Counted from the first letter of the stretch, positions 1 to 10,485 are shown. The stretch: 64,000 nt of DNA from an uncultured Bacteroidia bacterium (GCA_943846675.1 OX044357.1:1408500-1472499); one strand, 5' to 3'. Numbers and translations are program-made. The notes: a model not told the origin generated them from the sequence alone.

Positions 1-276
1 TTGATGAATAAAATTTGTCGTGCCGTCTAGAGGGTCGATTATCCATTGGTATGCGCTGTCAGATTTCTGCCCAGTGTCTTCTTCGGCTATGATCGAGCTT
101 CCGGGAATAAGTTTTAAAAAGGAAGCAACAAGGTATTTTTCTGTAGCGACATCTATATCCGTCACCAATTGATTTAGGCCTTTGGTATCCAAGGTCTCAA
201 ACTGGTTGTGGTTGTTCTGAAAGAATTGACTCTTAGCCTGTTTTATAATGGATTTTATGTCTTCTGTAAATTGCAT
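1..276 (-). CDS. Inositol monophosphatase family protein, N-terminal part; the gene continues past the window start
   Basis: The minus-strand ATG is at 276-274. My manual translation MQFTEDIKSII...QWIIDPLDGTTNFIH contains the IMPase metal-binding motif W(I/V)DPLDGT. Confidence 0.7.
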   Translation of the reverse strand, partial: MQFTEDIKSIIKQAKSQFFQNNHNQFETLDTKGLNQLVTDIDVATEKYLVASFLKLIPGSSIIAEEDTGQKSDSAYQWIIDPLDGTTNFIHQ

Positions 277-280
277 TTCT

Positions 281-1015
281 CTAACGTAATAATCTGTCGC
301 AAACAATAGCTGTTGCCACAGCAGCATTTAAACTTTCTGCTTCGCCAGTTTTAGGGATGGTGATATCGATATGCCCTATTGAGCTCAAACCACTTGAAAT
401 GCCATTGGCTTCATTGCCTATTACAATGAGACCGGCATTATGCTTCGGCAAATCGTAAATCGACTCTCCGGCCATTTGGGTGAAAAAGATGGGCTTATCG
501 GTTTGCTTAAATACTTCCAATAGGTCGGTGTATGTCACCATGACCCTGGTGAATGACCCCATCGTGCTGGTAATCGTTTTAGGGTTGTAAACATCGACTG
601 TTTCATGCGAAGCAAAAATTTGTTTAATGCCATACCAGTCTGCAATTCTGATTATCGTTCCAAGATTTCCTGGATCTTTTATATCGTCCAAGCATATGGC
701 CCAAGCACTTTCCAAAACAGTGTTTGAGGCATATTGATTTGCCACCGCAATGACTGGCGAAGCCGACTTAAAATATGACATCCTTTCCAAATCTGTTTTA
801 CCTGCCTCCACAATGTTCAAAGCATCGGTATTCGCATTGTGTTCATTAATCCAGTCAGGTAGTGCATATATAGTGTCAATCTTATATGAGCTGTGGATGA
901 GTTCATCAACCGACTTTACGCCCTCAACGATAAATTGGCCGTATTTTTGACGATATTTCTTTCGGTGAAGAGACTGAACAAATTTTATTTGATTTTTGGT
1001 AACCAAGTTGGTCAT
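281..1015 (-). CDS. TrmH/SpoU-family RNA 2'-O-methyltransferase
   Basis: 244-aa ORF carrying the SPOUT motifs GNEANGIS and ESLNAAVATAI near the C-terminus. Confidence 0.8.
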   Translation of the reverse strand: MTNLVTKNQIKFVQSLHRKKYRQKYGQFIVEGVKSVDELIHSSYKIDTIYALPDWINEHNANTDALNIVEAGKTDLERMSYFKSASPVIAVANQYASNTVLESAWAICLDDIKDPGNLGTIIRIADWYGIKQIFASHETVDVYNPKTITSTMGSFTRVMVTYTDLLEVFKQTDKPIFFTQMAGESIYDLPKHNAGLIVIGNEANGISSGLSSIGHIDITIPKTGEAESLNAAVATAIVCDRLLR

Positions 1016-1021
1016 AATGTT

Positions 1022-3268
1022 ATGGCGACAAAGGTAACGTTAGTTTTGTTTAGTGTTTTGGCATTGTCTTCTTGTAAGTCGAGTAAGCTAGTCCCAGAGA
1101 ATACCTATTTGCTGCAAAAGAATCGAGTGATAGGTGCAAATGAGTCGGTAGCAGAAACAGATCTACTGGACCAAGTACGTCATAAACCCAATAGGAAGTT
1201 AATCATCTTTAAAGCCCATATGTGGGCCAACTACTTTGGCAAACAGGTAGGCTTAAATAAAATCGGTGAACCGCCAGTACTGGTAGATACTTCAGCAGTG
1301 AGGTTAAGTGCAGAAAACATTCAACGCTATCTGGTAAAAAGAGGGTACTTCGACAATGACGTGCGTTATGAGGTTGAGCAAACCAAATTCTCCAAAGCTT
1401 TTAAGTTACGCAAGCAACGGGTGACCTATTATGTGCAAGAAGGACAGCCTTATATTGTTCAAAACATACAGTATCAAACTTCCAATACCGACATTCAGCT
1501 CTTAATACAAGTATCAACAGACGAATCGAAAATTGAGCTAAATAAACCCGTAGACTTTGAAGCATTAGGTGATGAGCGGTCGAGGATTAGTGATTTGTTA
1601 AGAAACAATGGTTACTATAGTTTTAATCCTTCGTTCGTTTCTTTTGAATTGGACACGGCCATATTACCCCGACAAGTATATGTAGACATTCATATTAGCG
1701 ATCCTGACAGTTTTGCCCATGCAAAAAAACGCATCGAACGTGTAAGGGTGGTATATCAGACAGGCATGCAAACATTTGACACAGTTCGGAATGTGAAGCA
1801 CAACATAACTTTTGTTATGAATGGAATGGATATTTCTCCCGCAGTTATTGCGAATAATATTCTACTGAAAGAAGGAGACTACTTTAGTCAGTTGGACTTA
1901 GCCAAAACTTACGAAAGGTTAGTGAGTCTTAATTTATTCAGCAACGTCGGTGTAAGCATTGAAGAAATTGACGAAAAAAAGGGAGTGTTGGATGTTACCG
2001 TTGTGCTTAAAACGTCACCTAAATTTGACTTTGTTTGGCAACCTCAGATTATATCCACGGAACAGCGATTTAGTAACAGCCAGTCAAGTAGAAACTATGG
2101 GTTGGCAAATGAGTTTTCGCTTAAAAATAAAAATGTATTTCACAATGGAGAAGAGTTTAATGTGAATATACGAACCGCATTAGAAACCCAATTTACGTCG
2201 GACAGTAACTCCGCATTTAGCACTTTTATTCAGGAGTTAAATACCGAGCTAAAAATACCACAGCTTTTGTTCTTTAGAAAACGAGGTAATGCGTTAAAAA
2301 TTAACTCAGTAAGTACAAATTTTAACGCCAGTTATTTATTCGAAACAAATCCGTTTTATCGCAGAAACTTCTTTCCCTTGTCTTACACATATGAACTTGC
2401 AGACAAGCGTTTTAGATTTACATACTCACCCTTATTGGTCAGTTTGAACGAGGCCACTTACAAACAGAAGTTGTTCGATCAAGCCAGTGCGAGTTATCTG
2501 CAAACCTTAGAACGAATATTTACAAACAACTTAATTACCAGTCAACAAATCGGGGGCTTTTATACCACCAAAACTGCTGATGCCAAACAGTATTGGTCTA
2601 TACGTTCCAACCTTTTAGAAGTGTCTGGTATTTGGTTGCCACAAATCACGGATTACGGGAAGGCATTTGGTGTCAATCATTCAACGTTCATCAGAACGGA
2701 TGCAGATCTGCGCTATCACGTAATATTTAATGAAAACAACGAGCTGGTTTTGCGCGGTTATGGAGGTATTGGAGTGCCACTAGGAGAAAGATCCGTATTG
2801 CCTTACGAAAGACGGTTTATCAGTGGTGGATCGAATTATTTGCGTGGATGGCGTCTAAGGACGGTAGGCCCAGGGGCATTTTCAGCAGCCGATAACTTAC
2901 AATTGACGAGAACTGGAGAACTGGGAATATTAGGGAATTTTGAATATCGATTCAATATTATAAGAAATGCGATAGACCTGAATGGTGCTTTATTTGTTGA
3001 CGTGGGTAACGTTTGGAACTTAAAAAAAGATACACTGTTTCCTGAAGGAGAATTTAGCCCTGATCGGTTTTTGCAAGAATTTGCCATAAATTCTGGCCTT
3101 GGGTTTAGATTGGATATGAGTTTCTTGCTGCTCCGATTTGATTGGGGTGTACCTTTGTGGGATCCAAATTTTCCGCTTGAAGACAGAGCCGTTATTCAAG
3201 GGGCTTTTAAAGACGGATGGATTTTTAAACGCCCAGTTTGGAATATTGCAGTTGGTTATCCATTTTAA
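1022..3268 (+). CDS. Omp85-family (BamA/TamA-like) outer-membrane protein with a lipoprotein-type signal
   Basis: Internal ATG at 1022 gives MATKVTLVLFSVLALSSCKSS (signal peptide plus Cys). The C-terminus has the Omp85-like GGSNYLRGWRLRTVGPG motif and ends with an aromatic residue (...GYPF). The ORF-track start at 893 is probably an upstream over-extension. Confidence 0.65.
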   Translation: MATKVTLVLFSVLALSSCKSSKLVPENTYLLQKNRVIGANESVAETDLLDQVRHKPNRKLIIFKAHMWANYFGKQVGLNKIGEPPVLVDTSAVRLSAENIQRYLVKRGYFDNDVRYEVEQTKFSKAFKLRKQRVTYYVQEGQPYIVQNIQYQTSNTDIQLLIQVSTDESKIELNKPVDFEALGDERSRISDLLRNNGYYSFNPSFVSFELDTAILPRQVYVDIHISDPDSFAHAKKRIERVRVVYQTGMQTFDTVRNVKHNITFVMNGMDISPAVIANNILLKEGDYFSQLDLAKTYERLVSLNLFSNVGVSIEEIDEKKGVLDVTVVLKTSPKFDFVWQPQIISTEQRFSNSQSSRNYGLANEFSLKNKNVFHNGEEFNVNIRTALETQFTSDSNSAFSTFIQELNTELKIPQLLFFRKRGNALKINSVSTNFNASYLFETNPFYRRNFFPLSYTYELADKRFRFTYSPLLVSLNEATYKQKLFDQASASYLQTLERIFTNNLITSQQIGGFYTTKTADAKQYWSIRSNLLEVSGIWLPQITDYGKAFGVNHSTFIRTDADLRYHVIFNENNELVLRGYGGIGVPLGERSVLPYERRFISGGSNYLRGWRLRTVGPGAFSAADNLQLTRTGELGILGNFEYRFNIIRNAIDLNGALFVDVGNVWNLKKDTLFPEGEFSPDRFLQEFAINSGLGFRLDMSFLLLRFDWGVPLWDPNFPLEDRAVIQGAFKDGWIFKRPVWNIAVGYPF

Positions 3269-3302
3269 AAATGTTGGCTTACTTTTGCGCAGCGTAATAA
3301 AC

Positions 3303-4112
3303 ATGAAGAATAAGTTTACATTAATCCTTTTAGCAGCCGTAACCCTTGCGACTGGTTTTTCAGGATGTAAGGATGAAGATGGAAATTCCAAAGGAATTAA
3401 CCTCTTTAGCTTGCAAGATGATATTACTTTCGGTGCGCAGGTTGCGACAGAAATAGAATCTGATCCAGTTAACTTTCCAATCTTAGATAGTGCTTCATAT
3501 CCTGAAGCCTACGGTCATTTAAGACGTATTACGAAAACGATTTTGAATAGTGGTAAGGTCACATACAAGGATGACTTCGTATGGCAAACCAAAATCATTG
3601 AAGACGATTCTACATTAAACGCGTTTTGCACGCCAGGCGGCTACATTTACGTATATACCGGATTAATTAAGTACTTGGCGAGCGAGGATGAACTTGCTGG
3701 CGTCATGGGTCACGAAATTGCTCATGCTGATGAGCGACATTCAACTGAAGCATTAACAAAACAATATGGCACGGATGTACTGTTTGCGATACTATTTGGT
3801 AATGACCAAGGGACGTTAACCCAGGTTGCCAAAGGAATGATTGGTTTACAGTATAGTCGCAACAACGAATCTGAGGCTGATATGCGCTCGGTTGACTATC
3901 TGTATCCAACAGAATACGACGCACGTGGTGCAGCAAGATTTTTTGAAAAAATAATTGCCCAAGGGGGGGGGAGTGGACCTGAATTTTTGAGTACACACCC
4001 AAATCCTGAGAATAGAGTTGCTGATATCATTTCTTACTGGGAAGATAAGGGTGGCAATGAAGGCGAACGATTTGAAGACCGTTATAAAGACTTTAAAAAT
4101 AGTTTACCCTAG
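3303..4112 (+). CDS. M48-family zinc metallopeptidase, lipoprotein
   Basis: Internal start MKNKFTLILLAAVTLATGFSGC (lipobox). HEIAHADERH is an HEXXH motif, with a downstream Glu in ESEADMRS. Confidence 0.75.
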   Translation: MKNKFTLILLAAVTLATGFSGCKDEDGNSKGINLFSLQDDITFGAQVATEIESDPVNFPILDSASYPEAYGHLRRITKTILNSGKVTYKDDFVWQTKIIEDDSTLNAFCTPGGYIYVYTGLIKYLASEDELAGVMGHEIAHADERHSTEALTKQYGTDVLFAILFGNDQGTLTQVAKGMIGLQYSRNNESEADMRSVDYLYPTEYDARGAARFFEKIIAQGGGSGPEFLSTHPNPENRVADIISYWEDKGGNEGERFEDRYKDFKNSLP

Positions 4113-4183
4113 CTGGCACTAGAAAAGCATTACAAGCCTTTTTGCCAGAGCAGAAAGGCTTTTTTTATATAATAGTTACAACA

Positions 4184-5416
4184 ATGGAATTACAAGAAAC
4201 AAGTTATCAGATCCAAGGGGTTGATTTACTTAACGTAGCAAATGAGTTTGGTTCACCAGTTTATGTCTATGATGCAGATAAAATTGTGAAGCAATATAAA
4301 AAGCTTTGCAACGCGTTTGAAGGAGTTGACTTAAAGATAAAATATGCTTGTAAGGCACTAACCAATATTAACATTCTAAAACTGTTGCGTCAGCAAGGAT
4401 GCGGTTTAGATACGGTTTCGATTCAGGAAGTACTGCTAGGATTAGAAGCTGGCTTCGAACCAAGCGAAATTCTGTATACGCCAAACTGTGTTTCTTTCGA
4501 AGAAATTCAAAAAGCGGTTGACGTTGGTGTTCAGATAAACATCGACAACATTTCGATATTGGAACAATTTGGAAACGAATATGGATCAACAGTTCCGGTA
4601 TGTATTAGGTTAAATCCACATATCATGGCCGGTGGTCATTCACATATTTCTGTTGGTCATATCGATTCTAAGTTTGGCGTTTCGATTCATCAAGTGCCTC
4701 ATTTATTGCGCGTAGTTAAAACCTACGACATCAAAGTAAATGGGCTACACATGCACACGGGGTCAGATATTCTAGATGCAGAGGTGTTTTTAATTGGCGC
4801 AGAGTTACTATTTAACGTAGCTAAGGAATTTAAAGATCTTGAGTTTATGGATTTTGGCTCAGGATTTAAAGTTGGTTATAGACCTGGTGACGTCACTACC
4901 GATATTGAGTCTTTGGGGAAGAAAATCACAACAAGATTTAATGCTTTTTGTAAAGAGTATGGAAAAGAATTGGAACTATGGTTTGAGCCTGGGAAATTTT
5001 TAGTGAGTGAATCTGGTTTCTTTTTAGTTCGATCTAACGTGATTAAGCAAACGACATCAACTGTGTTTGTTGGTGTGGATAGCGGTCAAAACCATTTACT
5101 GCGCCCTAAGTTGTACGACGCCTATCATGAAATTACCAACTTGAGCAATCCTTTTGGTACCAAGCGGGTTTACTCTGTTGTTGGCTATATATGCGAAGCA
5201 GATACCCTGGCCTACGACAGGCAATTGAATGAGGTTCGTGAGGGAGATATTTTAGCGATTCACAACGCCGGAGCATACGCCATCAGTATGAGTTCCAACT
5301 ACAATTCGCGATTCCGCCCAGCAGAAGTGCTCATTTACAAGGGTAAAGCCCATTTGATTAGACAACGGGAAACATTCGAAGACTTGATGAAAACTCAAGT
5401 GAGTGTAGAAATTTAG
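4184..5416 (+). CDS. lysA: Diaminopimelate decarboxylase (fold-type III PLP decarboxylase, Orn/DAP/Arg family)
   Basis: ATG at 4184 (MELQET...). Family motifs include KYACKALTN (PLP-Lys region) and GYICEADTLAYD near the C-terminus. Assigning it specifically to LysA rather than another family member is an inference. Confidence 0.65.
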   Translation: MELQETSYQIQGVDLLNVANEFGSPVYVYDADKIVKQYKKLCNAFEGVDLKIKYACKALTNINILKLLRQQGCGLDTVSIQEVLLGLEAGFEPSEILYTPNCVSFEEIQKAVDVGVQINIDNISILEQFGNEYGSTVPVCIRLNPHIMAGGHSHISVGHIDSKFGVSIHQVPHLLRVVKTYDIKVNGLHMHTGSDILDAEVFLIGAELLFNVAKEFKDLEFMDFGSGFKVGYRPGDVTTDIESLGKKITTRFNAFCKEYGKELELWFEPGKFLVSESGFFLVRSNVIKQTTSTVFVGVDSGQNHLLRPKLYDAYHEITNLSNPFGTKRVYSVVGYICEADTLAYDRQLNEVREGDILAIHNAGAYAISMSSNYNSRFRPAEVLIYKGKAHLIRQRETFEDLMKTQVSVEI

Positions 5417-6312
5417 ATTTCTTTTTCAACTGTAGTGATGGATTCGCCTTCTTTACGGGTGCGTTTCCAACGCTTATGCGTCCAAAGCCAATTTGACGGC
5501 TCATCCAGAATTTGCTTTTCTAACCGGCGTGTATGTTCAATGCTGATGAAACCATGAGCGGTCTCGTTTGGTTTGTCGGTTATCAGAGACAGTTCAAAGC
5601 TATAGTGCCCGCGTTTGGTGCGCTGAATTGCTCCGTATAACACGGGATAGTCGTATTTTTTAGCATAACGTTCAGTGCCAAAAGCCAATGCAGTTTCTTG
5701 ATTTAAAAAGTGTGTCCAAACCACATTTTTATTATAGGTAGGACTTTGGTCTGCTCCAAAAATAATTGCAGTATTGTCGCGGCTTTCTTGTTCAAAGTAC
5801 CTTGCTGAATCCTTAGTGGTAACCATTTTGATACCAAACTTGGTTCTAGATTCAAGCATCACTTTGTTGAAAAACACGTCATTCAGTTTTGTGAACAAAG
5901 CAACCGATTGGTGTTTAATGTTTAAGTCAAGTGCAATCGCTATGATCTCCCAGTTGCAATAATGTCCACCAACTATAATGACACTTTGACCTTTATCTGC
6001 GTAATCATCAATCAATTCTGGATTGATCACATGAAGACGCTGTAAAGCTTGTCGTTTTGATATGCTGAAAAACTTGACGCTTTCTACAATTAAATCAGAT
6101 AGGTGTTTATAAAACCGACTGACGATTTGGTTTATTTCGGCATCCGACTTGTCTGGGAAGGAGGCTGTCAAATTGCGTATAACGACCTTTTTGCGATATC
6201 CGACTAGCTTGTATAATACCACATATAAAAAGCTCGATAGCAGATATAATAGGCTAAATGGTAACCACGATAGTGGTTTAATAACGAGGTAGTATAGGGC
6301 TTTACTCATCAT
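5413..6312 (-). CDS. LpxL/HtrB-family lipid A biosynthesis (late) acyltransferase
   Basis: 299 aa with an N-terminal TM anchor, then the lysophospholipid-acyltransferase-like region (...VVIRNLTASFPDKS...IVGGHYCNWEI...). It overlaps the lysA stop by 4 nt. Confidence 0.6.
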   Translation of the reverse strand: MMSKALYYLVIKPLSWLPFSLLYLLSSFLYVVLYKLVGYRKKVVIRNLTASFPDKSDAEINQIVSRFYKHLSDLIVESVKFFSISKRQALQRLHVINPELIDDYADKGQSVIIVGGHYCNWEIIAIALDLNIKHQSVALFTKLNDVFFNKVMLESRTKFGIKMVTTKDSARYFEQESRDNTAIIFGADQSPTYNKNVVWTHFLNQETALAFGTERYAKKYDYPVLYGAIQRTKRGHYSFELSLITDKPNETAHGFISIEHTRRLEKQILDEPSNWLWTHKRWKRTRKEGESITTVEKEI

Positions 6313-6315
6313 CGG

Positions 6316-6822
6316 CTACGAATCTAGTTGAATTAAGCCGTCAGGCACAGTTACGATTATTACACGTGCATCGTCATTTACGTCTTCAACTATCGCATCA
6401 ACAAACGGTATGAGTATTTCTTTTTGTCCGTAGGTAATAAGTAGGAGGTCTTGTGCACTGTTTTCTATAACTTCTTTTACCGGTCCAAGATTACCTAGGT
6501 TGTTGTCAACAACCTGATATCCAATCAATGTGTCTTCGTCTTCGTCAAAGTCTAATTGATCGACTGGAAGATAAAGTGCTTTACTAAGAAAAGATTGGGC
6601 GTGTTCTAAATTGCTGACATCTTGAATAGCAACTATGTATGGGTTTTTAGTCGAAATTTCGTTTATAAAAAAAGGAACCGGCTTATGATCAAACATCATA
6701 AAGATCGGTTCCTTTTGATTAATTTCTATTCCGTTGAATAATTCGAATCTCAATTTGCCCTCATACCCATGGGTTTTGATGACACGACCTACTTCTAATA
6801 AATGGCCGGCTGAGAATATCAT
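6316..6822 (-). CDS. rimM: Ribosome maturation factor RimM
   Basis: N-terminal GRVIKTHGYEGKLRF is the typical RimM / PRC-barrel motif. The gene sits immediately downstream of rpsP, the conserved rpsP-rimM arrangement. Confidence 0.8.
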   Translation of the reverse strand: MIFSAGHLLEVGRVIKTHGYEGKLRFELFNGIEINQKEPIFMMFDHKPVPFFINEISTKNPYIVAIQDVSNLEHAQSFLSKALYLPVDQLDFDEDEDTLIGYQVVDNNLGNLGPVKEVIENSAQDLLLITYGQKEILIPFVDAIVEDVNDDARVIIVTVPDGLIQLDS

Positions 6823-6827
6823 GTGAA

Positions 6828-7541
6828 TTACTCTGCTGGTTTTTCTTCTTCAGCTGGAGCTTCAGCTTCCGCTTTTGGCTCTTCAGCTTCCGCTTTTGGC
6901 TCTTCAGCTTCCGCTTTTGGCTCTTCTGCAGGAGCTTCTTCCGCTGCTGGTGCTTCTTCTGCTACCGGAGCTTCTTCTGCTGCAGGAGCTTCAGTCTCAG
7001 CAACTGTTTCTTCAACAGCTGGTGCCTCTTCGGCAACTGCTTCAGTTGTTTCTGCTGCTGCTTCTTCAACTTCCTCAGCTAAAGGAGAGTTCTTAGCCAA
7101 AATGGCTTTTTCTCTTTCTTCTCTAACCTTAGATTCACGTGCAAAAATTTCTGCTTCAGCTGCTGCTTTCGCGTCGGCTAATTGTGTCTTTTTCGCATCA
7201 ATCTGAGTGGCTTTTCCTTCTATCCAAGCGTTGAACTTAGTTTCAACTTCTTCAACAGGAAATGCACCCTTTGCTGCACCTTTCAAAAGGTGGTTTTTGT
7301 ACATCGCACCTTTGTAACTTAAAATAGCTCTAACCGTGTCTGTAGGTTGAGCGCCGTTTTGTAGCCACTGCACAGATTTCTCAAGGTCGAGGTCAATTGT
7401 CGCTGGGTTTGTGTTCGGGTTATACGAACCAACGCGTTCAATAAATCTACCATCCCTTGGAGCACGTGCATCCGCCGCCACAATGTAGTAAAAAGGCTTT
7501 CTTTTTCGCCCTTTTCTTAATAATCTTAATTTAACTGACAT
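6828..7541 (-). CDS. rpsP: 30S ribosomal protein S16 with a long Ala/Glu/Pro/Lys-rich C-terminal extension
   Basis: Internal Met gives [42 protein letters not shown], the canonical S16 N-terminus. The tail is low-complexity, including EEPKAEA x3. The 30 codons upstream in the ORF track are probably not translated. Confidence 0.85.
   Translation of the reverse strand: MSVKLRLLRKGRKRKPFYYIVAADARAPRDGRFIERVGSYNPNTNPATIDLDLEKSVQWLQNGAQPTDTVRAILSYKGAMYKNHLLKGAAKGAFPVEEVETKFNAWIEGKATQIDAKKTQLADAKAAAEAEIFARESKVREEREKAILAKNSPLAEEVEEAAAETTEAVAEEAPAVEETVAETEAPAAEEAPVAEEAPAAEEAPAEEPKAEAEEPKAEAEEPKAEAEAPAEEEKPAE
6859..6921. repeat. 3 x 21-bp perfect tandem repeat (cttcagcttccgcttttggct) inside the rpsP tail-coding region
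   Basis: Read directly from the sequence. It encodes the heptad EEPKAEA x3 on the minus strand. Confidence 0.9.
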
Positions 7542-7910
7542 ATAATATAATTTGTTAAAACGCTGGGTCTCCATTCCAGCGGCTGCAAAGGTCGTATTAG
7601 TACTTGAGTTATCCAAGTAAATTGAGTACAAATAACACAGTTCAAAGAGAATAAAAAAAGGGTATCTAGATATTCGTGTAAGTAGCTCATTTAAAGCGCA
7701 TTGTGCGTCAAAAGATTAGTGGGGAATCTTACTCGCGTATCAACTTGATGCAATTCACGTTTGAGTCTGCACATTTTCCCAGTACTTTGACTTTATACAA
7801 GTCGCATTGTAAGGAGAGCCAATGGTCAGGTTTAATCAACATTTTATCTGCATTAATCGAATTGCTATAATCGCTGGGCGGTATGACTTAAATTTGGAAA
7901 AATTTTAAGG

Positions 7911-8576
7911 TTGATTGAATTAAACGGCATTGAAAAGTCTTACCAGACTGGTTCCAATACACTCAAAGTGTTGAAAGGGATCGATATTGATATTCAAGAT
8001 GGTGAGTTGGTTAGTATCATGGGGTCTTCCGGATCAGGCAAATCGACCTTACTAAACATTTTGGGTATTCTGGATTCCTATGACACAGGATCTTATGAAA
8101 TAGACGGTCAATTAATAAGAGACTTGTCTGAAACGGAAGCCGCAAAATTCAGAGGTAATTTTATTGGTTTTGTATTTCAATCTTTCAATTTAATCCCATT
8201 CAAAACTGCTGTAGAAAACGTAGCGCTGCCATTGTATTACAAGGGCATAAAAAAGCATAAACGAAACGAAATGGCACTCGATTATCTAGATAAAGTAGGT
8301 CTAAAACCGTGGGCGCATCACAAACCAAGCGAACTAAGTGGTGGACAAAAACAGCGTGTCGCTATTGCAAGAGCGCTGATTACAGAGCCAAAGTTGTTGC
8401 TAGCAGATGAACCTACTGGAGCGTTGGATTCGGTAACTTCTCAAGAAGTAATGGATTTACTGAAGGAGATTAATAAAACGGGCAAAACAGTAATAATCGT
8501 TACCCATGAGCAAGAAATCGCTGACCAAACGGATAGAATCATCATGCTTAAAGACGGTCTAGTCCAAAAAGAGTAA
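7911..8576 (+). CDS. ABC transporter ATP-binding protein (LolD/MacB-type)
   Basis: Walker A GSSGSGKST, signature LSGGQKQRVAIARAL, Walker B LLLADEPTGALD. Confidence 0.85.
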   Translation: MIELNGIEKSYQTGSNTLKVLKGIDIDIQDGELVSIMGSSGSGKSTLLNILGILDSYDTGSYEIDGQLIRDLSETEAAKFRGNFIGFVFQSFNLIPFKTAVENVALPLYYKGIKKHKRNEMALDYLDKVGLKPWAHHKPSELSGGQKQRVAIARALITEPKLLLADEPTGALDSVTSQEVMDLLKEINKTGKTVIIVTHEQEIADQTDRIIMLKDGLVQKE

Positions 8577-9802
8577 TGGAAAGACTTTTTGAAATATTAG
8601 AAAGTATTAAAACGAATCGGCTAAGAACTTTTCTTACCGGATTTAGTGTAGCCTGGGGAATCTTCATGCTTGTGATTTTGTTGGGGCTAGGCAATGGCTT
8701 ACAAAATGGCACAAAAGAAAAGTTTAAGGGCAGCGCTATTAACAGTATTTTTATTCGTCCAGGTCAAACAAGCTTGAGCTACGACGGATTGTTGCCAGGC
8801 AGAAAGATTCGGTTTCGTAACGATGACTACGATCTGTTAAAAAAAGAAATTGCTGGGATAGATAAAATTTCCGCGCGAGTAGCGCAATGGCGGTCTTTTG
8901 TTGTTTCGTATAAGGACAAGGCAGCGGCGTATCGGGTGCGTGGGGTGCATCCCGACCATCAATTCGTTGAGAAAACCGAGATTGTGAAAGGGCGTTATGT
9001 CAATGAATCGGATTTAAAAGAAAACAGAAAAGTCTGTGTAATAAGTAAAATAATCAAAACAGAATTGTTCGGTGACCAAGCAGCCATAGGAGAATGGTTG
9101 AGCTTAAGCGGAACACCTTGCAAGGTTGTTGGAATCTTTGAAGACGCTGGAAGCGAGGGAGAAAATGGGGTGCTATATATGCCCCTTACTACGGCTCAGC
9201 TCGCTTTTGGACGTGCGGATAGAATTGACCGCATTGTTTTTACAACAGGTGATGCCAATCTTGAGGAAACTCAAGCTATGGCGGCACAAGCTCTCGATAT
9301 GATGTCGGCCAAACACCACTTCTCAAAAGACGATCCAAGGGCGGTACGCATTCGGAATAATTATGAGTCTTATAAGCGGATTGCAGGCACCATAGATATA
9401 ATGAAGTCGTTCTTTTGGTTGATTGGTATCTTTACCATTATTGCCGGTATAATTGGGGTGAGCAACATCATGTTGATTACCGTCCAAGAAAGAACAAAAG
9501 AAATAGGTATTCGGAAATCTATAGGAGCAACGCCACTGTCTGTTGTTTCCATCATTGTTCAGGAGTCCTTGCTTATTACCGGAATATTTGGCTATGTCGG
9601 TTTGTTTATGGGTGTTTTCTTATTAGAACTTGTAGCCAAATTTTTACCAAGTACCGGTGCCGTTATCAGTAATCCGACGGTTGATTTTCAAACCGCGATT
9701 ATCGCCTTACTAGTACTCATTCTTGCAGGAGGTTTAGCGGCTTTACGTCCGTCAATGAAGGCAGCGCAGATTAAGCCAGTGGTTGCCCTCGCTGCCGATT
9801 AG
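8576..9802 (+). CDS. ABC transporter permease, FtsX/MacB/LolCE-like
   Basis: 408 aa with an N-terminal TM, a large periplasmic domain and three C-terminal TM segments. The start overlaps the stop of the ATPase gene. Confidence 0.8.
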   Translation: MERLFEILESIKTNRLRTFLTGFSVAWGIFMLVILLGLGNGLQNGTKEKFKGSAINSIFIRPGQTSLSYDGLLPGRKIRFRNDDYDLLKKEIAGIDKISARVAQWRSFVVSYKDKAAAYRVRGVHPDHQFVEKTEIVKGRYVNESDLKENRKVCVISKIIKTELFGDQAAIGEWLSLSGTPCKVVGIFEDAGSEGENGVLYMPLTTAQLAFGRADRIDRIVFTTGDANLEETQAMAAQALDMMSAKHHFSKDDPRAVRIRNNYESYKRIAGTIDIMKSFFWLIGIFTIIAGIIGVSNIMLITVQERTKEIGIRKSIGATPLSVVSIIVQESLLITGIFGYVGLFMGVFLLELVAKFLPSTGAVISNPTVDFQTAIIALLVLILAGGLAALRPSMKAAQIKPVVALAAD

Positions 9803-9846
9803 ACTTTCTGAATTGTATATTTGGACGATAGCGACAAACTTAAACA

Positions 9847-10128
9847 ATGATACTATCTGTTTTTGCCATTATTCTCGGGATACTTACTGTTTTGATGTGT
9901 CGTCAAGAAAGTGCAAAACGTAAGATTTCTTTTTCAGTAGCACTGCTTTACTGCATGGTGTTAACACCAATCCTAGGTTATATCATTATTTTACACAGAC
10001 CGCTGCGACATCCGTTAAGCTGTGAAACTTGTGGTAGTGAATTAAATGAAGCGGGTTATTGTCAAACATGTAAAAGCCATAAGTCCGGTTTGTCCGCCTC
10101 AGATATAGAGAAACATCTTGTAGATTAA
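9847..10128 (+). CDS. Hypothetical small membrane protein with a C-terminal Cys4 zinc-ribbon-like motif
   Basis: Two hydrophobic segments, then CETCGSELNEAGYCQTCK. Confidence 0.4.
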   Translation: MILSVFAIILGILTVLMCRQESAKRKISFSVALLYCMVLTPILGYIIILHRPLRHPLSCETCGSELNEAGYCQTCKSHKSGLSASDIEKHLVD

Positions 10129-10137
10129 TGGAGCAAT

Positions 10138-10485
10138 ATGAACGGCATTGACTCTTTTTACTTCAATAAGTCAGAACCAACTAAAAGTTGTTTGCTCACC
10201 TTACGCGATATGATTTTGCAAAGTGACGCAGAGCTGTCTGAAACAGTTAAATACGGAATGCCTTGCTTTTGTTTAGCGCAACGCGCTGTCTGTTATTTGT
10301 GGACCGATGAGCAATCGGGTTATCCTTATATTCTTTTTGTTGATGGCAACAAGCTAGAGCATCCAAGTCTTTTAGCAGGCAGTCGTAAAAGAATGAAAGT
10401 GCTCAAGGTCAATCCGCATGAAGATATTCCAGTGAAACTCATTACTGACGTGCTTAACAGTATGTTGAGTGTATACAGAAGTTAA
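10138..10485 (+). CDS. DUF1801 (YdhG-like) domain protein
   Basis: 115 aa. The pattern ...SETVKYGMPCFCL...YLWTDEQSG... is typical of the DUF1801 family. I recognised this by memory of the family, not by a search. Confidence 0.45.
   Translation: MNGIDSFYFNKSEPTKSCLLTLRDMILQSDAELSETVKYGMPCFCLAQRAVCYLWTDEQSGYPYILFVDGNKLEHPSLLAGSRKRMKVLKVNPHEDIPVKLITDVLNSMLSVYRS

Noticed and set aside
750-950. 66-aa plus-strand ORF inside the SpoU methyltransferase gene
   Set aside because: It lies entirely within, and antisense to, a well-supported CDS and has no recognisable features.
893-1021. Upstream extension of the Omp85 ORF to 893
   Set aside because: The extension overlaps the SpoU gene on the other strand and lacks a signal peptide. 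The ATG at 1022 gives a proper signal and lipobox.
6823-7206. ORFs 6823..7206 (+) and 6875..7096 (+) encoding Ala/Ser- or Leu/Gln-rich low-complexity peptides
   Set aside because: They lie antisense to the rpsP acidic tail, over the 21-bp tandem repeats. They are repeat-driven artefacts of a codon-biased, low-complexity region and not genes.
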